Assembly: GCA_964413025.1 (NCBI GenBank)
Contig: CAYPRG010000002.1
Span: 107-64,106, forward strand
From: an uncultured Planctomycetales bacterium
GTDB lineage: Bacteria > Omnitrophota > Gorgyraeia > Gygaellales > Profunditerraquicolaceae
DNA: 64,000 bases
Reading direction: 5' to 3'
The notes under the pieces are model-generated. The model worked only from the letters and a program-made list of their open reading frames with translations. It made no database searches and was not told the origin of the DNA. How positions within the stretch are numbered: position 1 is the stretch's first letter; each line of letters opens with the position of its first letter. The position numbers and the translations under genes were made by a program. This document shows positions 27,423-36,801 of this stretch, one piece after another.

Positions 27423-28010
27423 ATGATAGAAATAAATCTACTTCCTCCGGAATTAAGAAGCAAGGCTAAAAGAGCCGAAACGGTAAAGCCCACCGGCAAA
27501 CAACCGGTATATTTGTTTTATATTATTCCGGCGCTCTTAGCGCTTTTGGTATGCGTGCATGTCTATGTTGCGGTAACCGATGCAGTCAAGGGCCGGCAGC
27601 TAGCCTCGCTTGATAATAAGTGGCGAAGCCTGGAGCAGCGCAGGAAAGAAGTAACGGAATTCAAAAAAGAATTTGACGCGGCGACAAACAACATAAACAC
27701 TATTCAGCAGTTAACCAGCCAGAGGATAAACTATGCCGAAAAATTGAATAAATTAAGCTTGTATTTACCGAAGGGGGTCTGGTTCGTGGATTTAGTGCTG
27801 GACCAGAAAAACATGGTTTTGAAAGGCTCTGTGGTATCCCTGCAAAAAGAAGAGTTTAATTTGATAAACGGATTTATAGATAGTTTAAAGAAAGACTATG
27901 GGTTTATTAAAGATTTTAATAGCCTGGAATTAAGCTCAATTCAGAGAAGGGTGATCGTGGCTTACGACATAGTAGATTTTATTTTAACCGGGACGCAGAA
28001 GGCAAAATGA
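27423..28010 (+). CDS. pilN: Type IV pilus assembly protein PilN
   Basis: MIEINLLPPELR N-terminus, a single TM helix and a coiled coil. Confidence 0.8.
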   Translation: MIEINLLPPELRSKAKRAETVKPTGKQPVYLFYIIPALLALLVCVHVYVAVTDAVKGRQLASLDNKWRSLEQRRKEVTEFKKEFDAATNNINTIQQLTSQRINYAEKLNKLSLYLPKGVWFVDLVLDQKNMVLKGSVVSLQKEEFNLINGFIDSLKKDYGFIKDFNSLELSSIQRRVIVAYDIVDFILTGTQKAK

Positions 28011-28579
28011 TAAATTTACAGGGCATTCAATTAGACAATAAAAAAATAATCCTGATAGTGCTGGCTTTCGCGGTCATTATCTACGTGGATTATTCTTATA
28101 TTTTAAAATCGCAGTTGAACGGTAAAAACAGCAAGTCGGTAAAAATAACTAAGCTGAAAAAAGACTTAGCCACTCTCGATAAGGATTTTATTTTGATGCA
28201 GCAGAACCGCGGCAAGCAAATTGAGCTGCCGGAGGTTAAAAAGCTTATTCTTGAAAGCGAGATTCCGGGGTTGTTAAAATATATTTCTGGTTTAGCTAAT
28301 AAGAACGGCATCAGGATCACGCAGATGTCCCCGTCTAAGGAATTAAAACCCAGTGATGCAAAGCCCTCTAAGAATGAAAAAGAACCGCAGGCACCAGCAT
28401 TTATTCCGGTAAAAATCACGCTGGATTTGACTTGCACCTATCATCGGCTGGGAGCGTTTATTAATGAGCTGGAGAATTCCAAGGATTTTATAGCCGTGGA
28501 AGAGGTAAGGATTATCTCTGACCCGGCAAATAATTACCAGGAGAAAGTAAACCTGGTTTTAAAAACTTATGCCAAATAA
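28007..28579 (+). CDS. pilO: Type IV pilus assembly protein PilO
   Basis: Single TM helix, a coiled coil, a ferredoxin-like C-terminus (YHRLGAFINELEN) and operon position. Confidence 0.7.
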   Translation: MINLQGIQLDNKKIILIVLAFAVIIYVDYSYILKSQLNGKNSKSVKITKLKKDLATLDKDFILMQQNRGKQIELPEVKKLILESEIPGLLKYISGLANKNGIRITQMSPSKELKPSDAKPSKNEKEPQAPAFIPVKITLDLTCTYHRLGAFINELENSKDFIAVEEVRIISDPANNYQEKVNLVLKTYAK

Positions 28580-28949
28580 TAAAAAACAGTGTTTGTTTAA
28601 GGCGGTAGCCAGTTGTGGTATGTTTCTTTTTATCTTTGCCGCCTTTTCCTTTGCCGAAGAGCAGTTTACTTATAATGCTAAAGGAAAACGCGATCCTTTT
28701 GTTTCTTTGGTCACTCCCGACGGAAGATTCTTGAATTTAGACAAGGAAGAAGATATTTCCAAGGGGTTATCATTAGAAGGTATTATGTATGATAAACACG
28801 GCGTGTCTTATGCCGTAGCTAACTCAAAAGTCGTAAAAGTCGGAGATGAAGTGTCCGGCTACCAGGTCCTGAGGATAGAAAAAGATAAAGTGGTATTCAT
28901 TAAGGATGGCCAGCCCACCGTAGTTGAATTAAAAAAGGAGGGATTTTGA
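28569..28949 (+). CDS. pilP: PilP-like pilus assembly lipoprotein/periplasmic protein
   Basis: Signal-like N-terminus, a KRDPF motif, a small beta-domain, and a position between pilO and pilQ. Confidence 0.6.
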   Translation: MPNNKKQCLFKAVASCGMFLFIFAAFSFAEEQFTYNAKGKRDPFVSLVTPDGRFLNLDKEEDISKGLSLEGIMYDKHGVSYAVANSKVVKVGDEVSGYQVLRIEKDKVVFIKDGQPTVVELKKEGF

Positions 28950-30715
28950 AAAAATTAAATTTTTCCATAAAATTATTAGTTTTGGCAGCAGCTTTTTTGT
29001 GTTCTTGCGTGGCCATGGCCGCTCAGGAAGAAGCTAAGCAGGAAGCCTCTGCGAATAGCCAGCCTATTGCGCCAAAGCCGGAAAACGCTGTGCAGGATAT
29101 CGAGCAGATACCTGACGTGCCGGAGAGCTTGAGCGTGTCTGAAAATGTTACCCTGGATTTTAAAGAGGCGGATATGCAGAATGTCCTGAAAATAATATCT
29201 TATAAATCCGGCGTGAATATTGTGACTACTCCGGATGTAATCGGGAATGTCACTATCAGGCTGGTAGATGTTCCGTGGGAAAGAGCATTAGATGTAGTGT
29301 TAAAAACATACGGTTTTGGCTACCAGAGGCAGGGTAATGTTATCCTGGTGACTAAATTAGATAACATGACCAAGATACAGGCGGAAGAGCCTTTGCAGAC
29401 GGAAGTTTTTACGCTTAAGTTCCTGGATGCCCAGGATGCCCAAAAGATCTTGATTCCACTGCTTAGCCAGCGAGGCAAGATTTCTATACTATATACCAGA
29501 GGCCAAAAGGGATGGCAGTTTGGGACCTTTAAGATCGGGAGAGACACTACGGCAAGCTCAGCATTAACAAGAGAACAGGCAGAGCCGCCAAGGGCTGAAA
29601 CAATTTCAATCGAAAAAACCGCTAGCGGAGATTTAGTTTCCCGGAAAGCGGAGTTTGAGTCTTCCATTAAATCTAAGATACTGGTAATAACCGATACGAT
29701 TACATCACTGGACAGGATTCGGAATAACATTATTCCCGCGATAGATAAAAAGCCGAAACAGGTGTTGATTGAAACCAGGCTTATGGAAGTAAATGAAAAC
29801 AAGCTTAGGGATATTGGCTTTGATTGGGGTTTAGGGACTATCGGCAACGCACAGACAAGTACAGTTACTACCGGCAGTATAGCCAAGGACGCGCTTGGTT
29901 TGAGTTCGGCAAAACTGGGCGCTCATTCATTAGGGTCTGAATTTAAGCCTTCTATTTTTTCAGCGCTTGAAGGCAGCACTGCTGTCCCCGGGGTAGAGCC
30001 GTACAATCTCGGAGCGGAAATCATATTCCAGAAAATAACCGGGACAAAGTTTGATCTTGTCATCCATGCCCTTGAAGAAGACGCCAATACCAACAACCTG
30101 TCATCGCCGAGGATATTGACTTTGGATAACCAGGAAGCTTCTATTCTGGTAGGTTATCATACGCCTATCCTTAGTTCCACTGTAACCGCAGGTACAGCTT
30201 CCACGGGGACAGGGGCAACCGTAACCCAGACCTTGGATTATTATCAGGAAATAGGTATCAGGCTTAATGTAGTTCCTCAGGTTAATGAAGAGGAGTATAT
30301 TAATATGATTATACATCCCAGCATTACTTCATCAACCAGCTCTGTTGATGCTACTTCTGTTGCCAGCGGTGTTACTACTACCACCAGTTATCCTATTATC
30401 AGCGTGAGGGAAACCCAGACCCAGGTTTTGATAAGAAATGGCGATACAATCGTTATTGGAGGTTTGTTAAAGGATTCCATTGGCAAGGAAACTATAGGGA
30501 TCCCGTTCTTAAGTAAGCTTCCAGGTCTGGGGGCATTATTCAGAAGAGATGTGTATGATACGGAAAAAGTAGACTTGCTTATTTTTATTACCGCCAGGAT
30601 TATCAAAGATGGTGAGCTTACCCCGGAAGAGATTGCCAGGCTGCAAAAAGGTATGAGTATTTATTCCGATAATACCACGCTCAAAGGGGCAAAGAATAAA
30701 ATGAAGAAGAGATAA
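28946..30715 (+). CDS. pilQ: Type IV pilus secretin PilQ
   Basis: Signal peptide, secretin N-domains (LDFKEADMQNVLKIISYKSGVNIV), and a secretin C-domain (NNLSSPRILTLDNQEA, GIPFLSKLPGLGALFR). Confidence 0.88.
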   Translation: MKKLNFSIKLLVLAAAFLCSCVAMAAQEEAKQEASANSQPIAPKPENAVQDIEQIPDVPESLSVSENVTLDFKEADMQNVLKIISYKSGVNIVTTPDVIGNVTIRLVDVPWERALDVVLKTYGFGYQRQGNVILVTKLDNMTKIQAEEPLQTEVFTLKFLDAQDAQKILIPLLSQRGKISILYTRGQKGWQFGTFKIGRDTTASSALTREQAEPPRAETISIEKTASGDLVSRKAEFESSIKSKILVITDTITSLDRIRNNIIPAIDKKPKQVLIETRLMEVNENKLRDIGFDWGLGTIGNAQTSTVTTGSIAKDALGLSSAKLGAHSLGSEFKPSIFSALEGSTAVPGVEPYNLGAEIIFQKITGTKFDLVIHALEEDANTNNLSSPRILTLDNQEASILVGYHTPILSSTVTAGTASTGTGATVTQTLDYYQEIGIRLNVVPQVNEEEYINMIIHPSITSSTSSVDATSVASGVTTTTSYPIISVRETQTQVLIRNGDTIVIGGLLKDSIGKETIGIPFLSKLPGLGALFRRDVYDTEKVDLLIFITARIIKDGELTPEEIARLQKGMSIYSDNTTLKGAKNKMKKR

Positions 30716-31048
30716 ATGAATTTTGAAAGAAATAGTTTTTTAACGTACAAGGTAAATTTCGTTTTTGCAAAAAAGGGCCAGATGAGGTATATATCGCATT
30801 TAGATTTAATGCGCTTATTTACCCGGGCATTCCGCAGGGCGGACTTGCCGATAAAAATGACCGAAGGCTTTAGCCCCCATCCTAAGCTAAGCATTAAAAG
30901 AGCTTTAAAATTAGGAGTGGAGAGCGAAAATGAAGAGGCCTCGATCGTCTTAAAAGAAGAGGTAGGCCCGGAAGATTTTAAAAACAGATTGCAGAAGCAA
31001 TTACCAGAAGGGATTGAGATAAAAAATGTCCAAAGAAATTTTAATTAA
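30716..31048 (+). CDS. DUF2344 (TIGR03936, radical SAM-linked) family protein, about half the usual length
   Basis: MRYISHLDLMRLFTRAFRRADLPIKMTEGFSPHPKLSI is the family signature. The ATG directly abuts the pilQ stop, and the gene overlaps the RNase gene by 23 nt. Confidence 0.6.
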   Translation: MNFERNSFLTYKVNFVFAKKGQMRYISHLDLMRLFTRAFRRADLPIKMTEGFSPHPKLSIKRALKLGVESENEEASIVLKEEVGPEDFKNRLQKQLPEGIEIKNVQRNFN

Positions 31049-32465
31049 TGTTGAATCAGCGGAGAAGCGCGTAGCTGTCGTGTCTGACGGGCAGTTGAAG
31101 GAATTTTACATCGAGCGTTCGCAGGATAAGACCATCGTCGGTAATATCTACAAAGGCAGGATTGAGGCGGTTTTACCGTCTATCGGCGCGGCATTCGTAG
31201 ATATCGGCCTGCCTAAGAAGGGTTTTCTTTATCTTTCAGAGATAGAATCGGTATTTGAGCCTTTAGAAAAAAAGGAAAGCCGGCCTAAAGAAGTTAAGAA
31301 GGGCCAGGAGGTTTTGGTCCAGGTGGTAAAAGAGTCTTTCGGCACAAAAGGCCCGCGTCTCTCCTGCGAGATAGGCATTGCCGGCAGGTATCTCGTACTT
31401 ATGCCTCAGGATGCCCAGATAGGTGTCTCAAGAAGGATAGAGGATGAAGGAGAAAGAAGGCGCCTTAAGTCAGTCCTTTTAGAGCTGGGATTGCCTAAGG
31501 ATGTTGGTTTTATCGTACGGACTGCTGCCGAGAGTAAAACAAAGCTTGAATTATCCAGGGACGCCAATTTTCTGCTTAAGCTCTGGAAAAGAATGGATAA
31601 GATAGTTGAAGCCAAAAAAGCGCCCAGCCTTATATATGAAGAATACGATTTGACATTAAGAGCAATACGCGATTCATTTACCGAAGACGTAACTAAACTA
31701 ATCGTAGATTCTAAACCCGAGTATTACCGGCTGCTGCGTTTTATGAGGACATTCTTGAGTTATTTGGCCCGTAAGGTAGAATTATACAACGGAGACGATT
31801 TGTTCGAAGAGAAAGATATCGAAAGGCAGATTCATAAGGTTTTTGAAACCAAGATTTATTTGAAATCAAAGGCGTATATTATAATTGAGCCTACAGAGGG
31901 GCTTGTGGTTATTGATGTAAACAGCGGCGGGTTCAAGAGAAGATTAAACCAGGAAGAAACCGCCTTTAAGGTCAACTGTGAAGCAGCGGCTGAGGCGGCA
32001 AACCAGTTGATTTTACGCGATTTAGGCGGCATAATCGTCATAGACTTCATTGATATGGAAAAAGAATCGCATCGTAGGGAGGTTTTAAATGTATTAAAGA
32101 AGTCATTAAGCAACGATAAGGCAAAATACGATATTTTAGGTATTTCTAAATTCGGGGTAGTAGAGATGACCAGGGAACGTGTCCACAACACTGTGCATAC
32201 GTTATCTTATCAGCCTTGTCCTTACTGCCAGGGCAAAGGGAAGGTGAGGTCGCCTATTACCATAGGAATTTTCGCGCTTAAAGAGTTAAGGAAATTCATA
32301 AAAGGGAAGTCGCTAAAACAGGTAAATCTCACCTTAAATCCGGCCGTAATTGATGAAATCTTGAAGGATAAGGGTAATTTGAGGTATCTTGAGGGAAAAT
32401 ACAAGACAAAGATTAATTTTATCTCTAATCCTGCCTTGCATATAGAGGACGTGCGAGTATCCTAA
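31026..32465 (+). CDS. rng: Ribonuclease G/E family endoribonuclease
   Basis: S1 domain (GNIYKGRIEAVLPSIGAAFVDIG), a catalytic core (VVIDVNSGG, GGIIVIDFIDM) and a CPYCQGKG zinc-link motif. Confidence 0.85.
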   Translation: MSKEILINVESAEKRVAVVSDGQLKEFYIERSQDKTIVGNIYKGRIEAVLPSIGAAFVDIGLPKKGFLYLSEIESVFEPLEKKESRPKEVKKGQEVLVQVVKESFGTKGPRLSCEIGIAGRYLVLMPQDAQIGVSRRIEDEGERRRLKSVLLELGLPKDVGFIVRTAAESKTKLELSRDANFLLKLWKRMDKIVEAKKAPSLIYEEYDLTLRAIRDSFTEDVTKLIVDSKPEYYRLLRFMRTFLSYLARKVELYNGDDLFEEKDIERQIHKVFETKIYLKSKAYIIIEPTEGLVVIDVNSGGFKRRLNQEETAFKVNCEAAAEAANQLILRDLGGIIVIDFIDMEKESHRREVLNVLKKSLSNDKAKYDILGISKFGVVEMTRERVHNTVHTLSYQPCPYCQGKGKVRSPITIGIFALKELRKFIKGKSLKQVNLTLNPAVIDEILKDKGNLRYLEGKYKTKINFISNPALHIEDVRVS

Positions 32466-32572
32466 TGCCTTTGCCAGCTTAGTTTCTCCCATACCACCCT
32501 GGCCTGCCAGAATACCAAGCCAGGGCAGGCTGCGAAAATCGCATAAAGTTACCACTAAAGTCGATTTTCTTG

Positions 32573-32601
32573 TTGACCCCGTACTTTTAGTGTTATATAA
32601 T
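32573..32601 (+). promoter_or_regulatory. Putative sigma70 promoter for rplU-obg (TTGACC-N17-TATAAT)
   Basis: TTGACC at 32573-32578 and TATAAT at 32596-32601, 46 nt upstream of the rplU ATG. AAAGGAG RBS. Confidence 0.55.
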
Positions 32602-32647
32602 TATTACTCTATAATCAGTTTGAAAATCTATAAAAGGAGCGATAAAA

Positions 32648-32962
32648 ATGTATGCAATAATTGAAGTTGGAGCAAAACAGTACAGTGTCAAAAAGGGTGA
32701 TATTATTGAAGTTGAGAAGCTGGAAATTGAAGATGGTAAGGATATTGTCTTGGATAAGGTATTGATGGTTTCTAAGGATAAGGATCTTGAGGTAGGGCAG
32801 CCTTATTTAAAGAAGGCTCGTGTGGAAGCAGCGGTATTAAAGCAGATAAAAAGCAAAAAGGCAGTATCTTTTAAGTACCGCAGGCGTAAGTCTTCGCATT
32901 GGACAAAAGGGCACCGCCAGCAGCTCACCAGGTTAAAAATAAAAGAGATCGTTCTGGCTTAA
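32648..32962 (+). CDS. rplU: 50S ribosomal protein L21
   Basis: MYAIIEVGAKQYSVKKGDII...KYRRRKSSHWTKGHRQ is the canonical L21 pattern. Confidence 0.95.
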   Translation: MYAIIEVGAKQYSVKKGDIIEVEKLEIEDGKDIVLDKVLMVSKDKDLEVGQPYLKKARVEAAVLKQIKSKKAVSFKYRRRKSSHWTKGHRQQLTRLKIKEIVLA

Positions 32963-33915
32963 TGTTCATTGACAGCGCAAAGATATACGTTAAAGGGGGA
33001 AATGGCGGAAAAGGATGCCAGAGTTTTTACCGTGATAAATACCAGCGTTTTGGTATTCCCGACGGAGGTGATGGGGGCCGGGGAGCCGATATCATTATCA
33101 GGGCGGATAGAAACCTGCATACTTTATTAGATTTCCAGTATAACCGGCATTTTTACGGCGCGCACGGAGGCCACGGCTCAGGAAATAGTAAAAAAGGCAA
33201 GGAGGCGCCTTTTATAGTTATCCGGGTTCCGATGGGGACTGTGGTAAAAGATATAAAAACAGATTGCCTTCTAAGAGATTTAGATAAAGACCAGGATGAA
33301 TTTATAGTAGCCCGGGGCGGAAAGGGTGGTTTAGGCAACCATTATCACAGGGAAGCTACTGTTGGCGATCCCGGAGAAGAAAAAGAGCTGCTTTTAGATT
33401 TAAAGCTTATCGCCGATGTCGGCATTATAGGGTTCCCTAATGCCGGAAAATCCACGCTCATCTCGAATATTTCAAACGCGCACCCAAAAGTCGCTGCTTA
33501 TCCATTTACTACTAAGTCTCCGGTCTTGGGTGTGATAAGATCTCCGGATAAAACTTTTGTTATGGCTGACATACCCGGTCTTATCGAGGGATCTTCCTTG
33601 GGGAAAGGGTTAGGGGATAGATTCTTAAGGCATGTTGAGCGCACAAAAATTTTAATTCACCTGATTGATATGGCGGGTTTCGAAGGAAGAAAGCCCCTGG
33701 AAGACTACGCGGCTATAAACGAAGAGTTAAAAAAATACAGCAAAGAGGTTTATAAAAAAACCCAGATTATCGTTGCCAATAAAATGGACCTGGATGGGGC
33801 GGATAAGAACCTGAAGAAATTTAAAGAGTCAGTAAAGAAAAAGGTTTATACGATTTCGGCTTTAAAAAGTGAAGGGCTGGAGGAATTAATTGAAACAATC
33901 GCAAAAAAATTATAA
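32962..33915 (+). CDS. obg: GTPase Obg/CgtA
   Basis: MFIDSAKIYVKGGNGGKGC Obg fold, G1 GFPNAGKST, and the DIPGLIEG and NKMD motifs. The ATG overlaps the rplU stop (TAATG), and the longer ORF from 32899 is rejected. Confidence 0.9.
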   Translation: MFIDSAKIYVKGGNGGKGCQSFYRDKYQRFGIPDGGDGGRGADIIIRADRNLHTLLDFQYNRHFYGAHGGHGSGNSKKGKEAPFIVIRVPMGTVVKDIKTDCLLRDLDKDQDEFIVARGGKGGLGNHYHREATVGDPGEEKELLLDLKLIADVGIIGFPNAGKSTLISNISNAHPKVAAYPFTTKSPVLGVIRSPDKTFVMADIPGLIEGSSLGKGLGDRFLRHVERTKILIHLIDMAGFEGRKPLEDYAAINEELKKYSKEVYKKTQIIVANKMDLDGADKNLKKFKESVKKKVYTISALKSEGLEELIETIAKKL

Positions 33916-34966
33916 AAGGATTGTAATAAAAATCGGCAGCAGTTTTCTCTGTTCCGATGGCGTGCACCCTGATTGCCTGGCTTTACGCGGGATTTCCGAG
34001 AAGATTGCTCAACTGGTCAAGGAGGGGATAGAAGTTGTAATAGTCTCTTCCGGAGCGATTGCCTTTGGGATGCATATTTTAGGCCTAAAAGAGCGTCCTA
34101 AAGAGTTGCACTATCTGCAGGCTTCTTCTGCCGTGGGCCAGAATGAATTAATGGATCATTACCGTAAATTATTCCGGGAAAAAAACATCATCAGTTCGCA
34201 AATCCTTTTGACCTGGGATGATTTTACCGATAAGAAACGTTACGTAAACACCAGGAATACCTTGCTTACTTTGTTAAGGTTAGGTTGTGTGCCTATTATC
34301 AATGAGAACGATACGGTCTCTACGGATGAGATTAAGTTCGGTGATAATGATCGCCTTTCGGCTTTGGTCGCCAGCCTGGTTTCTGCGGATTTGCTGATTA
34401 TTCTTTCGGATGTAGACGGATTATTGGATAGAGAAAAAAAGTTGGTCAGGTTGGTGCCTGAAATTACCAGTCAGATTAGGGAGTTGGCATGCCCAACTTC
34501 TAAAAAGACTTGTGTTGGCGGGATGATTACTAAGATTGAAGCAGCAAAGATAGCTGTGGATTCAGGGATTCCTTGCGTGATTGCAAGCGGGAGAAATCCC
34601 GACTTGATTTTCCGTATAGTTAATGAACCGGATCTAATCGGAAATTGGACTATATTTTTACCCAAAAAAGGGTACCTGGCGGCAAGCAAACGTTGGATTG
34701 CCTTTAGCGCAAAACCAAAAGGAAAGATTATCGTAGATGATGGAGCGAAGAAAGCCCTGATAAATAAGAAGAGCCTGCTTTCTGTGGGCGTAGTGGGTGT
34801 AGAGGGTAATTTTGATAGCCAGGATGTCGTGAGTATAGTTGACAAAAAAGGTGACGAATTCGCCAGGGGGAAGGCCTGCGTTGCCTCTGGCCAATTGGAT
34901 AAAATCAAAGGTATGCGTTTTGAAAAAGAAATAGTGCATTGCGATAACATAGTAGTTTATGTCTAA
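33890..34966 (+). CDS. proB: Glutamate 5-kinase ProB (with PUA domain)
   Basis: RIVIKIGSS, SSGAIAFG, NENDTVSTDEIKFGDND and GGMITKIEAAK motifs, plus a C-terminal PUA-like domain. TTG start is assumed. Confidence 0.9.
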   Translation: MKQSQKNYKRIVIKIGSSFLCSDGVHPDCLALRGISEKIAQLVKEGIEVVIVSSGAIAFGMHILGLKERPKELHYLQASSAVGQNELMDHYRKLFREKNIISSQILLTWDDFTDKKRYVNTRNTLLTLLRLGCVPIINENDTVSTDEIKFGDNDRLSALVASLVSADLLIILSDVDGLLDREKKLVRLVPEITSQIRELACPTSKKTCVGGMITKIEAAKIAVDSGIPCVIASGRNPDLIFRIVNEPDLIGNWTIFLPKKGYLAASKRWIAFSAKPKGKIIVDDGAKKALINKKSLLSVGVVGVEGNFDSQDVVSIVDKKGDEFARGKACVASGQLDKIKGMRFEKEIVHCDNIVVYV

Positions 34967-34981
34967 TAGAACGGGGCAGTA

Positions 34982-36238
34982 ATGGATCTCAAACAGCAAC
35001 TTACAAATATAGCCAGGGCAGCGCAAGAAGCATCCAGGATTCTCTCCTGCGTTTCCAACCAGAAAAAAAACCGGGCGATTGAAGGCATGGCCGGTGCTTT
35101 GTTAAGCAAAAAAGAGTTGATTCTGAAAGCGAACAAGAAGGATATCCGGAATGCGGTTAAGAAGCATTTGGCTAAACCCTTGGTTGATCGTCTGACCCTT
35201 AACGAAAAAAGAATCAAAGAGATGGCTGATTCTTTATCGGCGCTGGTCGGTTTAGCTGACCCGGTAGGCGAGGTTATCAGGGCCTGGGGAAGGCCAAACG
35301 GCCTTTGGATAAATAAAGTGCGCACTCCAATCGGTGTCATAGCGATTATATATGAATCGCGCCCCAATGTTACCTCTGATTGTATCGGCCTATGTTTTAA
35401 ATCCGGCAACAGTGTTATTTTACGGGGGGGCAGCGAAGCGTTTAATACTAACCTTGCCATATATCAAATACTAAGAGAAGTATTAAAAAAGTACTCTATG
35501 CCTGAGGCGGCAATAAATATGGTTACTACCACAGACCGGAAAGCGGTAGAGGCTTTGCTGAAGCTGAATGATTATATTGATTTGGTGATACCCAGGGGAG
35601 GAGAAGGTTTGATTAAAAAAGTTGTTTCTCTCTCCCGCATACCCGTGATTAAGCATTACAAAGGTATCTGTCACGTTTATATCGATAAATTAGCGGATTT
35701 GAAGATGGCAGGACAAGTATGCTTTAATGCCAAAGTCCAGCGCCCGGGAGTCTGTAACGCCATGGAGAGTATGCTGGTGCATGAAAGTATCGCCGCGAAA
35801 TTTCTTCCTTCGATAATAAATAAGTTTAAAGAGGCGGGAGTTGAAATACGCGGGTGCGCTTTGACCCGGCGCTATGCCAAAGATATCAAGAAAGCCAGCG
35901 AAAAAGATTATCGCACTGAGTACCTGGATCTGATTTTGTCAGTAAAGGTGGTAAAGGATTTAAACGCGGCAATCGGGCATATAAATAGTTACGGCTCGCG
36001 CCATTCCGACGCTATTGTCACGGAAAATTATGAAAATGCTTTGAAGTTCTTAAAAGAAGTAGATTCGGCCTGTGTTTATGTTAATGCCTCTACCCGTTTT
36101 ACCGACGGTTATCAGTTTGGCTTGGGTGCTGAAATAGGGATCTCTACAGATAAACTGCACGCCCGAGGGCCCATGGGGCTGGAAGAGTTGACTTCTTATA
36201 AATATATGGTTTTTGGAAACGGCCAGGTAAGAAAATGA
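34982..36238 (+). CDS. proA: Gamma-glutamyl phosphate reductase ProA
   Basis: PIGVIAIIYESRPNVT, ILRGGSEA, CNAMESMLVH and NASTRFTDG motifs. Confidence 0.92.
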   Translation: MDLKQQLTNIARAAQEASRILSCVSNQKKNRAIEGMAGALLSKKELILKANKKDIRNAVKKHLAKPLVDRLTLNEKRIKEMADSLSALVGLADPVGEVIRAWGRPNGLWINKVRTPIGVIAIIYESRPNVTSDCIGLCFKSGNSVILRGGSEAFNTNLAIYQILREVLKKYSMPEAAINMVTTTDRKAVEALLKLNDYIDLVIPRGGEGLIKKVVSLSRIPVIKHYKGICHVYIDKLADLKMAGQVCFNAKVQRPGVCNAMESMLVHESIAAKFLPSIINKFKEAGVEIRGCALTRRYAKDIKKASEKDYRTEYLDLILSVKVVKDLNAAIGHINSYGSRHSDAIVTENYENALKFLKEVDSACVYVNASTRFTDGYQFGLGAEIGISTDKLHARGPMGLEELTSYKYMVFGNGQVRK

Positions 36239-36801
36239 AAATTGGTATTCTTGGGGGCACTTTTAATCCTATACACATCGGGCATCTTATTTTAGCTGAA
36301 GAAGCCCGTGAAAAGTTAGGGTTTGACAAGATTGTCTTTGTGCCTACCAATATTGCTCCGCATAAAGATAGCCTTGAGATAGTTTCTGCTGGGGACAGGT
36401 ATAAGATGGTTAAGCTGGCTATTGAATCCAATAAGTATTTTTCCGTATCAGACACAGAGATTAAGAGGCAAGGGCGCTCTTATACGATTGATACCCTGAA
36501 AGAACTAAAGAGGGCTTATCTTCAGGATGAGCTTTATTTTATTATCGGTTCAGATCTGCTTAAATACCTTGATGACTGGAAGGATTTAAAAGAGATCATT
36601 AAAATGGTCAGTTTTATCGCGGCTACCCGTCCGGGGTATCCCTTGGAAGAAATACCTTCATATATTTCGACCGTGCCGATCAGGGCGGTAGATATTTCGG
36701 GTTTTGAAATACGCAAAGCTATAAAAGAAAATAAATCTTTCCGTTACCTGGTTCCGGAAGCAGTTTTTGATTATATTAACGAAAAGAGGCTTTATAAATG
36801 A
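36235..36801 (+). CDS. nadD: Nicotinate-nucleotide adenylyltransferase NadD
   Basis: GILGGTFNPIHIGH (HxGH motif) and an ISGFEIRK-type ISSTxxR region. 4-nt overlap with proA. Confidence 0.9.
   Translation: MKIGILGGTFNPIHIGHLILAEEAREKLGFDKIVFVPTNIAPHKDSLEIVSAGDRYKMVKLAIESNKYFSVSDTEIKRQGRSYTIDTLKELKRAYLQDELYFIIGSDLLKYLDDWKDLKEIIKMVSFIAATRPGYPLEEIPSYISTVPIRAVDISGFEIRKAIKENKSFRYLVPEAVFDYINEKRLYK

Noticed and set aside
29320-29886. Long minus-strand ORFs antisense to conserved genes. Examples are 29320-29886 in pilQ, 34471-34950 and 34963-35460 in proB/proA, 36893-37399 in rpe, 39155-39667 in rpsA, 48749-49270 in rfbB and 10387-10797 in dnaJ.
   Set aside because: Each lies entirely opposite a gene with strong family motifs. 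Their translations are low-complexity (Ser/Leu/Pro/Ile-rich) with no recognisable motifs, RBS or promoter. They are best explained as shadow ORFs in an AT-rich genome.
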